Shown here: positions 1-9,163 of the stretch, piece after piece
Numbering within the stretch: position 1 is the stretch's first letter
How the letters are laid out: each line of letters opens with the position of its first letter
NCBI GenBank assembly: GCA_002428725.1
Contig: DIXQ01000021.1
Span: 27,097 to 91,096 of the forward strand
DNA: 64,000 nt
Direction: 5' to 3'
Origin: Spirochaetaceae bacterium UBA6076
Lineage (GTDB): Bacteria; Spirochaetota; Spirochaetia; Treponematales; Rectinemataceae
Made by a program: the position numbers and the translations under genes
Notes under the pieces: model-generated
Seen by the model: only the letters and a program-made list of their open reading frames with translations
The model's database searches: none
What the model was told of the DNA's origin: nothing

Positions 1-2
1 GC

Positions 3-137
3 ACCCCCTTTGGACGCTTCGGCAAGTTTGAGGAGCTTTGGGGCGCGGCTTTTTTCCTAGCCAGCGATCAGGCCTCTAGTTTCGTCACCGGTGTGTCTCT
101 TCCGGTGGACGGCGGATACCTTACGGATAATATTTAA
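3..137 (+). CDS. C-terminal fragment of a short-chain dehydrogenase/reductase (gene starts upstream of the window)
   Basis: My own frame-3 translation gives TPFGRFGKFEELWGAAFFLASDQASSFVTGVSLPVDGGYLTDNI*, with stop TAA at 135-137. This is the typical SDR C-terminus (FLASD..S..TG..L.VDGG). Its position beside uxaC would fit a KduD/gluconate-dehydrogenase-type enzyme, but that is inference. Confidence 0.6.
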   Translation, partial: TPFGRFGKFEELWGAAFFLASDQASSFVTGVSLPVDGGYLTDNI

Positions 138-262
138 TCCCTATCCGGCGGCGGGCATATCGCCGCCACCGGAAGGCTGCCGCGTTGAGCCGCCGCGGCG
201 CTTTAAGGGGTAGAGTTTTGCGGCAGGCGCCGCGCCGCGGCGGCCGCGGGAAAGGAAAAGCT

Positions 263-1741
263 ATGAAAGCATTTATGGACAAGGATTTTCTACTGGATAC
301 TCCAACGGCCAGGAGCTTGTTTCACGATAGGACCGACGGGTTGCCGATCTTCGATTACCACTGCCATCTCTCCCCTAGAGAGATAGCCGAAGACAAGCCT
401 TTCACCGATATTGCCCAGATATGGCTGGGTGGAGATCATTACAAATGGAGGATCATGCGCTCCAATGGTGCCGACGAGTCTCTCTGCTCTGGCAAGGCCG
501 ACTGGGCCGATAAATTCGTCGCCTACGCAGCGGCGCTGGAAAAATCCCCGGGCAATCCCCTCCTGCACTGGTCCCATTTGGAACTGCAGCGCAGTTACGG
601 CATCAACGATGTGCTTACATCCCGCAACGCCTTGGCCATACGGGAGCGGGCTAATGCCATAATCCGGGAGCGGGGCGACTCTCCCCGTTCCATGCTTAAA
701 GCATACAAGGTGGCTGTAGTCTGCACCACCGATGATCCCGCCGATTCCTTAAGCTGGCATGATGCCATCGCGGCCGATCCGGAGTTTGGCGCCGCCGCCG
801 CGGCTTCGGGGGCTCAATGTTCCCGGATTCTTCCGGCATTCAGGCCTGACAAGGCTATGAACGCTTCGGATGCTGCAGCCTGGCGGGGCTATGTGGCTCA
901 GCTGGGCGCTGCGGCGGGCTTGGAAATCCGTAGCTTTACCGATTTAGCCGAGGCCTTGTCCAGGCGTCACGCCTACTTCCACGAAAGGGGATGCAGACTT
1001 TCGGACCATGCGCTCGTAGTTCCCCCATTTGCCCTTGCGACTGAGGATGAGCTTGATACTATCGTTGCCCTGCTTCTCTCGGGCAGAACTGCCGAGGAGC
1101 ATGCGAGGGAAAAACTGGCAACCGCGGTGTTACTCCATGTCGCCAGACTCAACGCCAAGGCTGGATGGGTCATGCAGCTTCATATTGGCGCCCTGCGCAA
1201 CACTAACACCAGGCTTTTTAAGCTCTATGGCCCCGATGGAGGAGGGGACGCCATCTCCGACGCCGTGATAATCGCGCCGCTGGCTTCCTTCTTGGATCGG
1301 CTGGATGCCGAGGGCTTATTGCCCAAGACAATCGTCTACAGTCTGGATGACACCAAGAACGCCAGCCTGGCGACCTTGGCCCAGTGCTTCGCCGGTTCCT
1401 ACTCCGGCGAGAAAGGCGTGGCGGGCAAGCTCCAGTACGGCGCGGCTTGGTGGTTCAACGACCATTTGGACGGTATGATCCGGCACCTGGTGCAGACTGC
1501 CTCTGTCTCAGCCCTAGGTCCATGGGTAGGGATGCTTACCGATTCCAGATCCTTCCTCTCCTATCCAAGGCATGAGTATTTTAGGCGGATTTTGTGCAAG
1601 GTGGTGGGACGCTGGGTGGAAGACGGGGAGCTTCCCGCCGACGAGGCCTATGCAGCCAGCTTGGTACGCAACATAAGCTGGTTCAACGCCAGGGACTACT
1701 TCGGCGTCGAAGTTCCCGCCTGGGCTGCGAAGATCTTATAA
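263..1741 (+). CDS. uxaC: Glucuronate (uronate) isomerase
   Basis: N-terminus is MKAFMDKDFLLDTPTARSLFHD...PIFDYHCHLSPREIAEDKPF..IAQIWLGGDHYKWRIMRSNG, and the length is about 490 aa. I moved the start to ATG 263 (preceded by GGAAAGGAAAAG). The listed ORF start at 185 is a TTG that adds an Arg/Gly-rich extension. Confidence 0.9.
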   Translation: MKAFMDKDFLLDTPTARSLFHDRTDGLPIFDYHCHLSPREIAEDKPFTDIAQIWLGGDHYKWRIMRSNGADESLCSGKADWADKFVAYAAALEKSPGNPLLHWSHLELQRSYGINDVLTSRNALAIRERANAIIRERGDSPRSMLKAYKVAVVCTTDDPADSLSWHDAIAADPEFGAAAAASGAQCSRILPAFRPDKAMNASDAAAWRGYVAQLGAAAGLEIRSFTDLAEALSRRHAYFHERGCRLSDHALVVPPFALATEDELDTIVALLLSGRTAEEHAREKLATAVLLHVARLNAKAGWVMQLHIGALRNTNTRLFKLYGPDGGGDAISDAVIIAPLASFLDRLDAEGLLPKTIVYSLDDTKNASLATLAQCFAGSYSGEKGVAGKLQYGAAWWFNDHLDGMIRHLVQTASVSALGPWVGMLTDSRSFLSYPRHEYFRRILCKVVGRWVEDGELPADEAYAASLVRNISWFNARDYFGVEVPAWAAKIL

Positions 1742-1800
1742 TGGGGCGGACAAGATAACGATGATTTCCAGGATTTACTGGAAAAGAGTTTTTATACTTG

Positions 1801-1981
1801 AGCCAATTTTAAAAGTCTGTTAACTTTTGAAATTGGCTTTGTAGTTTCGTCTATTTTAATGCTAAAAGCATGAAAATAGACGAAACATACGCATCTTTAA
1901 GGTAGCTTTTTCAAAACTCGTCTGAGTTTTGAAAAAGCATCATTTAAGGGATAAGGTGAAAAATCTTTTTTCGAAGATTTC
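1801..1981. repeat. Cluster of four consecutive AT-rich perfect or near-perfect hairpins in the convergent uxaC/ugpE intergenic region (REP-like elements or bidirectional terminators)
   Basis: Stems read directly from the sequence. Hairpin 1 pairs 1801-1816 with 1823-1838 (16 bp, one G.U). Hairpin 2 pairs 1844-1857 with 1873-1886, plus an inner stem 1859-1863/1867-1871. Hairpin 3 pairs 1905-1919 with 1924-1938 (15 bp perfect). Hairpin 4 pairs 1961-1967 with 1974-1980. Confidence 0.7.
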
Positions 1982-2072
1982 TTAATCTTAAAAACTTCTT
2001 CTCCTGTCCATCCTGCCGACCCTGTTACCCTGTCATATCTCGCATCGTGTCGATCTCTCCCCCATCCTGCGA

Positions 2073-2918
2073 TCACTTCTCGGTGTCAGTCATGCCCGCG
2101 ATAAACTGCTTCTGCATTACTACCACCACGATGACCGGGGGAATAAGGGCTAAAAGGACGGTGGCCATTACAATCTGCCACTCTATTACCACATCGGCTC
2201 CAGAGAGCATACGGTTGATGCCGATGAGGAGGGTGTAGTATTCCTGCTTGGTGGTGATCAACAAAGGCCAGAGGTATTGGTTCCAGCCATAGATGAATTG
2301 GATGACGAACATGGCCGCGATGGGGGTGCGGGTCATGGGCACTAAAATAGACCGGAAAAACTGCATCGAAGAAGCCCCATCGATCTGGGAGGCCTCTGCT
2401 ATTTCCCGGGGCACCGCCATGAAAAATTGTCTGAAAAGGAATACCGCCGTGGCCGATACGATCATGGGAAGAATGAGACCTGTGTAGGAGTTAAGCATGC
2501 CTAAATCTGAAATAACCTTGTAGGTGGGCATGATGCGCACTTCCACGGGTAGCATGAGGGTGATAAAGATCGCCCAAAAACAGAATTTTCGCCCGGGGAA
2601 ATTAAAGAAAACTATGGCGAAAGCCGCTAAGAGGGAGATCGTAATTTTGCCCACCGCTATGCCCATGGCCATGATAAAGGAGTTTTTCATCATGGTCATG
2701 GCCGAGGCACCTAAATTCTTCGCTCCTTCCGACAGCGCGCGACCGTAGTTCTCGATCAGATGTGTGCCCGGATAAATAGGCATGGGCGCCGATAGAATTT
2801 CTGCGCTAGTCCTGGTTGAAGCTACGAAGACGAAGTAGATGGGAAAAAGAATTATCAAGATGGCGAGCCAGAGGATGATGTGCGGGAAGGCTCGGGCGGA
2901 TTTTCTCTGTTCTATCAT
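2073..2918 (-). CDS. ugpE: Carbohydrate/sn-glycerol-3-phosphate-type ABC transporter permease (CUT1 family, UgpE-like)
   Basis: 281-aa polytopic protein of the BPD-transport permease type, the last gene of the glpQ-ugpB-ugpA-ugpE array. The symbol is assigned by context and similarity in overall sequence character, not by a search. Confidence 0.75.
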   Translation of the reverse strand: MIEQRKSARAFPHIILWLAILIILFPIYFVFVASTRTSAEILSAPMPIYPGTHLIENYGRALSEGAKNLGASAMTMMKNSFIMAMGIAVGKITISLLAAFAIVFFNFPGRKFCFWAIFITLMLPVEVRIMPTYKVISDLGMLNSYTGLILPMIVSATAVFLFRQFFMAVPREIAEASQIDGASSMQFFRSILVPMTRTPIAAMFVIQFIYGWNQYLWPLLITTKQEYYTLLIGINRMLSGADVVIEWQIVMATVLLALIPPVIVVVVMQKQFIAGMTDTEK

Positions 2919-2930
2919 GAAAGCCTTCCT

Positions 2931-3815
2931 TTAGTAGGTGACCTTCCGCTCAATAAAGCGGAACTGGACCACGGTGAGACCGATTACCATGATCATGAGG
3001 ATGACCGACTGGGCCGAGGAGCCGCCCAGGTCGAGGTTGATGACCCCATCTCTCCATACCTTGTATACCAGGATCTGCGTTGCCTTGCCGGGTCCGCCAG
3101 CGGTGACCTGGTGAACGATGGGGAAGGTTTCAAAAAAGCCATAGACCAGGTTCATCACAAGGAGATAGAAGGTGGTGGGCGAAAGCATGGGGAAAATTAT
3201 CCTCCAGAACCGTTTTACCGGTCCGGCGCCATCCATGGCTGCCGCTTCAACCAAGGGCAGGGGGACGCCCTGCAGGCCCGCCAGGAAAAAGACAAAATTA
3301 TAGGCGATCTGTTTCCAGCTCGAGGCTATGGTCAACAGGAGGAAGGCCTGGTCGGCCTTCAATAAATGATTCCAGTCCACGCCCATCTTATATTTCAGAA
3401 GCCAGGCGATTATTCCCACGTTGGGGTTGAACATGAAGAGCCAGAGTACACCGGCCACCATGGTGGCTACCGCATAGGGCCATATCATCATTGTCTTGTA
3501 AAAGGAGTCGAATCGTATTTTTTTATTTGTCTGTATGGCGAGAAATAGGGAAATAGACATTGATGAGACTGTTATCGCAAGGGCGAAGAGCACCGAAACC
3601 CTAAAGGAAGCCCAATAATCGGGATCTCCGAATAGTTTTGTGTAGTTCTCGAAACCGACGAAGATAACCCTGCCGCCGAAGGGATCCTGGAGAAAAAAGG
3701 ATTGCCAGATCGCCTGGGCGGAGGGCCAGAAGAAAAACATGAACACAATAACCATCTGGGGCAGTACAAGAAGATAGGGAAGACCTTTGGATGGGAACTC
3801 GTATTGTTTAGCCAT
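2931..3815 (-). CDS. ugpA: ABC transporter permease (CUT1 family, UgpA-like)
   Basis: 294-aa membrane protein lying between the binding-protein gene and the UgpE-like gene. Confidence 0.75.
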   Translation of the reverse strand: MAKQYEFPSKGLPYLLVLPQMVIVFMFFFWPSAQAIWQSFFLQDPFGGRVIFVGFENYTKLFGDPDYWASFRVSVLFALAITVSSMSISLFLAIQTNKKIRFDSFYKTMMIWPYAVATMVAGVLWLFMFNPNVGIIAWLLKYKMGVDWNHLLKADQAFLLLTIASSWKQIAYNFVFFLAGLQGVPLPLVEAAAMDGAGPVKRFWRIIFPMLSPTTFYLLVMNLVYGFFETFPIVHQVTAGGPGKATQILVYKVWRDGVINLDLGGSSAQSVILMIMVIGLTVVQFRFIERKVTY

Positions 3816-3883
3816 GACGCATCCTAACGTGGGCGAATTGATCGGGGAAGCCTTGTATCGGCGCTTGGCCGAGTTTTTCCCTG

Positions 3884-3911
3884 AAAAAGGCCGCCTCTCG
3901 GCGGCCTTTTT
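3884..3911 (-). terminator. Intra-operon rho-independent hairpin downstream of ugpB (symmetric A5/T5 flanks)
   Basis: The sequence reads AAAAA GGCCGCC tctc GGCGGCC TTTTT. The stem pairs 3889-3895 with 3900-3906. It sits between the ugpB stop (3941) and the ugpA start (3815). Confidence 0.6.
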
Positions 3912-3940
3912 ATAATAGCATGAAAATGGCTTTCAGCGGA

Positions 3941-5242
3941 CTATTTATTCAGGCGCTCGAACTCGCGAAGAGTCTTGTTGCCGTCCAGAACCATCTTGTT
4001 GATGCCGTCTTTTACGCTGATTTTGCCAGCCAGGATATCTTCCCAGGTCTGGTCTTCGATTTCTCTGATGATGTTGAAATTGCCGAAGCGGATACCCATG
4101 GAATTGCCCGTGGGAGCGGCTCTTAGAAGCTGCTTGATGGCCACTTCAGGACCGGGGTTGGTTTTGTAGAAGCCCTGGGACTTGGTGAGGTCGTATGCCG
4201 CATTGGTAATGGGCAGATAGCCTGTGCTCTGGTGCCAGAAAGCCTGATTCTCCGGCAGGGAGATAAAGGCCATGAAATCGGCTACGCCCTTATAGTCTGC
4301 CTTGGGCTTGTTGTTGAACACCCAGAGGCTGGCGCCGCCGATGATGGAGTTCTGAGGAGCGCCCTTCACATCGGGATAATAGGGGAGGGTAGCCACGCCG
4401 AACTCGAACTTGCAGGTGTTCTTGAAGTTGGCATATCCGCCGATTGACTCGAAGTGCAGGCCGACTCTTCCGGAGGAGAAGAGGGGATTGGCTTTGTTCT
4501 CGCGTCCGCCATAGATGAATACGCCTGCTTTTGACAGATCGCTGATAGTCTGCAGGTGCTTGATGACGGTGTCGTTATTGAAGACAAGCTGGGTATCCAA
4601 GCCGTCAAAGCCGTTGTTTTTGGTGCCAAAGGGCAGGTTATGCCAGGCGGAGAAGTTCTCAAGCTGGATCCAGGAGATCCAGTTGGTGGTGAAGCCGCCT
4701 TCCATGCCTGATGCCTTCAGTTTCTTAGCCATTTCGAAGAACTCGGGCCATGTGACGGGGGGCTTCTCGGGATCGAGACCTGCCTTCTTGAAGGCATCCT
4801 TGTTGTAGTACATGACCGAGGTTGAAGAATTGAAGGGAAGGGATAGCATCTTGCCATCGGAGGTGGAATAGTAACCAGTGATGGTGGGGATGTAGACCTT
4901 GGGGTCGAACTTTTCGTTGTTTTCGGCCATGAGTTGGTATACCGGCTTTACGGCGCCCTTGGCGGCCATCATGGTGGCTGTGCCTACTTCGTAGACCTGG
5001 ATGATATGGGGCGCTTGGCCTGCGCGGAAGGCAGCGATACCGGCGTTCATCGTATCGCTGTAGGAGCCCTTGAACACTGGTACTACTTTGAAATCTTTTT
5101 GAGTTGCATTGAACCTATCCGCCAGAGCCTGTACCGTCTCGGCGTTCTTGCCGGTCATGGCGTGCCAGAACTCGATGTTCGTCTGGGCCCAGGCCCCTGC
5201 GATGGCGAGGAAGACCATTGCCACGAGTGCAATTTTCTTCAT
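3941..5242 (-). CDS. ugpB: Periplasmic sn-glycerol-3-phosphate/glycerophosphodiester-binding protein
   Basis: Signal peptide is MKKIALVAMVFLAIAGAWA/QT. This is followed by IEFWHAMTGKNAETVQALADRFNATQKDFKVVPVFKGSYSDTMNAGIAAFRAGQAPHIIQVYEVGTATMM, which is characteristic of UgpB. Confidence 0.85.
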   Translation of the reverse strand: MKKIALVAMVFLAIAGAWAQTNIEFWHAMTGKNAETVQALADRFNATQKDFKVVPVFKGSYSDTMNAGIAAFRAGQAPHIIQVYEVGTATMMAAKGAVKPVYQLMAENNEKFDPKVYIPTITGYYSTSDGKMLSLPFNSSTSVMYYNKDAFKKAGLDPEKPPVTWPEFFEMAKKLKASGMEGGFTTNWISWIQLENFSAWHNLPFGTKNNGFDGLDTQLVFNNDTVIKHLQTISDLSKAGVFIYGGRENKANPLFSSGRVGLHFESIGGYANFKNTCKFEFGVATLPYYPDVKGAPQNSIIGGASLWVFNNKPKADYKGVADFMAFISLPENQAFWHQSTGYLPITNAAYDLTKSQGFYKTNPGPEVAIKQLLRAAPTGNSMGIRFGNFNIIREIEDQTWEDILAGKISVKDGINKMVLDGNKTLREFERLNK

Positions 5243-5302
5243 TACGAATACCTCCTTGGTAGGTTGGAAACGGTACTGATAGTACCGCTTTGAGCGGCTA
5301 AC

Positions 5303-5331
5303 AGTATAAACCCATATGGTCAGGCTGACAA
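5303..5331 (-). promoter_or_regulatory. Candidate sigma70-type promoter for ugpBAE
   Basis: Minus strand reads TTGTCA (5331-5326), a 17-nt spacer, then TATACT (5308-5303). It lies about 60 nt upstream of the ugpB ATG. The predicted 5'UTR carries two overlapping palindromes, CGGTACTgatAGTACCG at 5271-5287 and CCGCTttgAGCGG at 5284-5296. Confidence 0.45.
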
Positions 5332-5374
5332 TTAAAAATTTGTTAAACTCGCCTTTATCAGGGAGATGATCGAC

Positions 5375-6307
5375 TTAATCGCCTTGGCGCTCTAGCAGCT
5401 TAAGTGCTCTGTCGGGGAAGTCCGTTATAAGTCCTGTGACGCCCCAATCCAGGAGTCTTTTCATGTCGTCTATCTCATTGGGTGTCCATACGAGAACGCC
5501 AAAACCGGCTTCGCGAAGCTTTTGCACTGTTTTTTTGTCCAAATGCTTATAATTAGGGTTGAGGGATACGGCTCCAAGGGACCGAAGGATAGCCACTGGA
5601 TCGTGTAGAGGTTTGTCGATGAGAGCGGCCACTGGGATCCGGGGCACTGCTTTTCTTATTCTTGCTAAATAGCTATGGTTAAAAGAGGAAACTAGAACCT
5701 GATCCACTAATCCCAGTTCAACAATGAGGGCGGCAGTTTTTTCCACAACCCAGGCGTCGCAGGGCCAGCCGGCCGCATCCTTTATTTCCACGTTGACCTT
5801 CCATGCTAACTCCTTGGTCAAAAGGAGGGCCTCCCGGAGGGTGGGGATTCGGAGTCCCTTAAACTGCTCCAATTCGGCCGGAAGGATGCGGCCGGCCTCA
5901 ATTTGCCTAAAAGGGTCCTCGCTGCCGTACCAGGAGCCCGCATCTAGTGATTTAAGTTCCGCTAGGCTGAAATCATAGACCGACCAGGGTTTTCTGTCGG
6001 GGAAGCGTTCTTCAGCGTCGGTAGTTCGCTTGAGGGTATCGTCGTGGATAACTACTAATTCGCCGTCCGACGAAGCGGCAACATCGAGTTCCCAATACTC
6101 TGCATCGCTCTCCCAACCTTTACGGGCAGCATAGAGCGTGTTCTCGGGCGCGATTCCTCTAAATCCACGGTGGGCTATCACGACAACTGCTGTTGAATTT
6201 TTCATGGGATCTTCCTTCGTAGCCGAGATCGACACTTCTTGCCGTGACATCGTGGTGCAACTGGCAAGCAAGAAAATCGGCAGTACTATTGCCATAGTGC
6301 GCATCAA
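5375..6307 (-). CDS. glpQ: Glycerophosphodiester phosphodiesterase, lipoprotein
   Basis: Lipobox LLASC near the N-terminus. GDPD motifs are present: VVIAHRGFRGIAPENTLYAARKG and WELDVAASSDGELVVIHDDTLKRTT. Confidence 0.85.
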   Translation of the reverse strand: MMRTMAIVLPIFLLASCTTMSRQEVSISATKEDPMKNSTAVVVIAHRGFRGIAPENTLYAARKGWESDAEYWELDVAASSDGELVVIHDDTLKRTTDAEERFPDRKPWSVYDFSLAELKSLDAGSWYGSEDPFRQIEAGRILPAELEQFKGLRIPTLREALLLTKELAWKVNVEIKDAAGWPCDAWVVEKTAALIVELGLVDQVLVSSFNHSYLARIRKAVPRIPVAALIDKPLHDPVAILRSLGAVSLNPNYKHLDKKTVQKLREAGFGVLVWTPNEIDDMKRLLDWGVTGLITDFPDRALKLLERQGD

Positions 6308-6395
6308 TATATCCTAAGGCGCGTTCAGCCACCGCACAAGGCAGGTCGGGTGGTCCGCAGTAACTGCATCGAAGATTGTGGTTAAAGGGATATGG

Positions 6396-9155
6396 CTATG
6401 GCGCTGGGGGAAGGGAATCAAGAACCCTTGCATGGGGGTAGCGTGTTTTGAGTATATCAATAAGCTCTCTCGCCTCATCCACTTGCCCATCGGCGATAAG
6501 GACGAGGCTTTTCAGCCTGTAGGCGTCAAAGACAAGTCGGTTGTCGTAACGGTCAAGGTTTTCTTTCGTTGCCCAGGGATCTATAAGCGCTAGGAGCTCC
6601 TGGCGCCGAAGCGGGTCGCCGGGATTGATCCGTCTTGCCTTGGCCAAGTTTCTAGCCAGCGCGGGATACCCTACCATAGTCTGGGCGGTCAGATATAAGG
6701 CGGTAGCGAAAAAAAGTACCAAACCAGCCACAAGGAGGGTTTTCCAACAGCAGCTCCTTTTGGGTTTCTTTTTGGCTATGATGAGCGCGAAGGGAATCGA
6801 AATCAAACTTAAGCCTATGCCGAGGATTTCCCATGCGGTCCTGCGGTAGTTCAGCTCGACTTGAGTGCCTTCAGGATAGATCAGCATAAAGCCGGGAGAA
6901 ATGGGGTAGATTTTCTCGTCCCCGGAAGATTGCCAGCCCGGGGCATAGGAGATTTTTATGTAATGGGGCTTTCCAGGTTCTGTTGTATTGAATCGAATGC
7001 TGAAGTTATCGACCTGCTCATCGGTGATTGCCGGGGGGGTTATACCCATCATGCTCCCATCTATTGCCTTGTCAGCATTAACCCTTGGACTTTCGGCAAG
7101 GTTTGGGGGACTAGCCAGGCGTGCGGCTCCCTGTTCTTCTAGGGCTTTCTTGGCCAAAGCGACGTTTCTGAATGCGTCATAGTCCGACCAGTGCCCGCCT
7201 GCATCGCTCAAGCGGGCTGTCAGGTCACGGTCCGCAAGGAGGGAGTTTACGAAGGGTGTGTCATAGAGTTCGTAATCCCTAAAAAATCGGTAATAATCGG
7301 TCCTGAATCCGCCTTTACCTCCATCGACCAGGGAGATCGCCTTTTCGGGCAGTACGCTGACATAGCTGTCAGCATACCCTCGATAGCTGAAAATCGAGAA
7401 CTTTCCCATGGAGGCATCGATCATGAAGTCGGGATGGGAAGCGAAGAGGCTCTGGATCGTTTCGGAGTGGGTTATGATGTATCGAGCGTTAAGTAGGTCG
7501 AATCGGGCAGACCAAGAGGCGGGGTCTATCTTCGAATAAATGCGTTCAGCCTCAGGATCTACCGGATTGGGCGAATAGGAACTCTGAAGATAGGTCGCAG
7601 CCCGGGCCATCATGCTTGAGCCATAGTGGATTCCCTCGGAGCTCGGATGCCCGGTAAAAAGGTAGAGGTTCTCGAATGCCCTTTCGGAGCCGAAATCCCT
7701 GTTGTCCCGCTGATCCTGTTTTTCCCAGAGAAATCGCCCATCGTCGGGGCTCCCTTTGTACCGCTGGGCAATGAAGCTGATAAACGGCCATTCTGCCTTG
7801 GCTTCGTAGCCGGAGTAATTCCACGAAAACCAACTTGGGGCGTTGCGGATCAAGGCCAAGCTGCCCGCGACGGATGCTCCTAGGCAGAGAAGGGTTATCA
7901 TGGAAGGAAGCCAGCCAATAAGCTTTTTAGCTTGGCGTGTCCTTTTCTGCCCCAAAGGCGGCAGTAAGCGCTTTGTAAGGCGCTCCGCCGCTGTATCCAG
8001 CAGTAGGGAAATGCCCAAGCCGCAGAAGAGCAGTGCGGGAGGAACAAAACGAATGTCGGGCATGCCCAGACCTGGAGCGATAAAGAACAAAAAAGCGCAG
8101 GCTCCCAAGGCGTAGAATAGAAATGCGGCAAGGCTTCTTTCCCTGGGCGAGTTTTTTCTCATCAAGGATAACAAAAAGAACAGGCATCCCGCCGGAGCCC
8201 AGATCAGAAGAAGGGTCTGGTTAGCGAAATCCTTGAAGGAACTGAACTGCCAGAGCATGCTTATGGGCTGAGCCCAGCCTCTGGTGGCTGCCATGGGCAA
8301 AAGCCAGAAGGCCATAAAAAGAAGAGCGCTGATGTAGGTGCTGAGTATTCGGGTGACGACAACGGCTTCCCGCCCCATGCCCGGTTTGGGGTGATTGTTT
8401 TGGGATTTTTTCTTCCAGAGCCGGGGAATCAGCGAAAAGGCGGGGAAGAGGGGCAGAAAAAAGGCGGCCATGAAAACGAAAAAATGACTTAGTCCGATGA
8501 GAGCAAGGATCAAGCCACTCAGTAGGCCTTTGCGCTTGGTTCGCCAATCCCTGACCAGGGAGGCGAAGAAAAGGGGAAGCAAGGCGATTGCCCAGGAGTA
8601 GCAAAACTCTCCGGCGAAGGTAGAAAGCCAGTTCCCTCCGAAAATCGAATAAGATTCGTTGAAGAGAAAGAGCAGGCTTGATGCGGCTGCTATTGCTCCA
8701 GCGCGCTTTCTGCCACTAATAGAAGAAGCGGCAAAAAACATGGTAAAGGGAAGGGCGAAACCTCCTGCAATTGTGACGATTTTCAGCGCCACGCTAAGCG
8801 GGACGATATAGCCTAACAGGGCTGCGGCCAGAAAGGGCAGGACAAAATAGTGCTGACCCTCAAGGTAGCCGAAAAAATTTCCCTGGCTGAAGCCGAACAG
8901 CCGCCCCCTGGGAAGGAATTCCTCTTTTAATGTCCGTAGTACCTGGTACCAGGATGCGCTGTCGCCTCCGGTCAGGATGTTGTCGGTCACTAAAAGCCGC
9001 AGGTCGAAACGGCTGAGCATGAATGCATAGACCAAGGCTAGGCAAATCCAGGACAAGAGATCCTCGATCTTGGTATTCGCTGGTGGTCTCAAGGTCGAGG
9101 GTCCTTGAACCAGCTTTTTGGTTTTTGTAAATGTCGGTTTACCAAGGGAAACCAT
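6396..9155 (-). CDS. Very large polytopic membrane protein, candidate GT-C-type (YfhO/ArnT-like) glycosyltransferase
   Basis: About 920 aa. The first ~470 aa contain at least 12 hydrophobic helices. These are followed by a ~330-aa soluble domain, one more TM helix, and a helical C-terminal tail. The gene lies directly downstream of the GT2 and small flippase-like genes. I took the start as Met14 (9155) to avoid overlapping the upstream stop at 9164; 9194 is also possible. The family assignment is inference. Confidence 0.5.
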   Translation of the reverse strand: MVSLGKPTFTKTKKLVQGPSTLRPPANTKIEDLLSWICLALVYAFMLSRFDLRLLVTDNILTGGDSASWYQVLRTLKEEFLPRGRLFGFSQGNFFGYLEGQHYFVLPFLAAALLGYIVPLSVALKIVTIAGGFALPFTMFFAASSISGRKRAGAIAAASSLLFLFNESYSIFGGNWLSTFAGEFCYSWAIALLPLFFASLVRDWRTKRKGLLSGLILALIGLSHFFVFMAAFFLPLFPAFSLIPRLWKKKSQNNHPKPGMGREAVVVTRILSTYISALLFMAFWLLPMAATRGWAQPISMLWQFSSFKDFANQTLLLIWAPAGCLFFLLSLMRKNSPRERSLAAFLFYALGACAFLFFIAPGLGMPDIRFVPPALLFCGLGISLLLDTAAERLTKRLLPPLGQKRTRQAKKLIGWLPSMITLLCLGASVAGSLALIRNAPSWFSWNYSGYEAKAEWPFISFIAQRYKGSPDDGRFLWEKQDQRDNRDFGSERAFENLYLFTGHPSSEGIHYGSSMMARAATYLQSSYSPNPVDPEAERIYSKIDPASWSARFDLLNARYIITHSETIQSLFASHPDFMIDASMGKFSIFSYRGYADSYVSVLPEKAISLVDGGKGGFRTDYYRFFRDYELYDTPFVNSLLADRDLTARLSDAGGHWSDYDAFRNVALAKKALEEQGAARLASPPNLAESPRVNADKAIDGSMMGITPPAITDEQVDNFSIRFNTTEPGKPHYIKISYAPGWQSSGDEKIYPISPGFMLIYPEGTQVELNYRRTAWEILGIGLSLISIPFALIIAKKKPKRSCCWKTLLVAGLVLFFATALYLTAQTMVGYPALARNLAKARRINPGDPLRRQELLALIDPWATKENLDRYDNRLVFDAYRLKSLVLIADGQVDEARELIDILKTRYPHARVLDSLPPAP

Positions 9156-9163
9156 CGAACTTC

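Noticed and set aside
185-262. 78-nt N-terminal extension of uxaC from the TTG start (MSRRGALRGRVLRQAPRRGGRGKGKA)
   Set aside because: The Arg/Gly-rich sequence is absent from the uronate isomerases I know. An ATG with an upstream purine-rich tract at 263 gives a canonical N-terminus.
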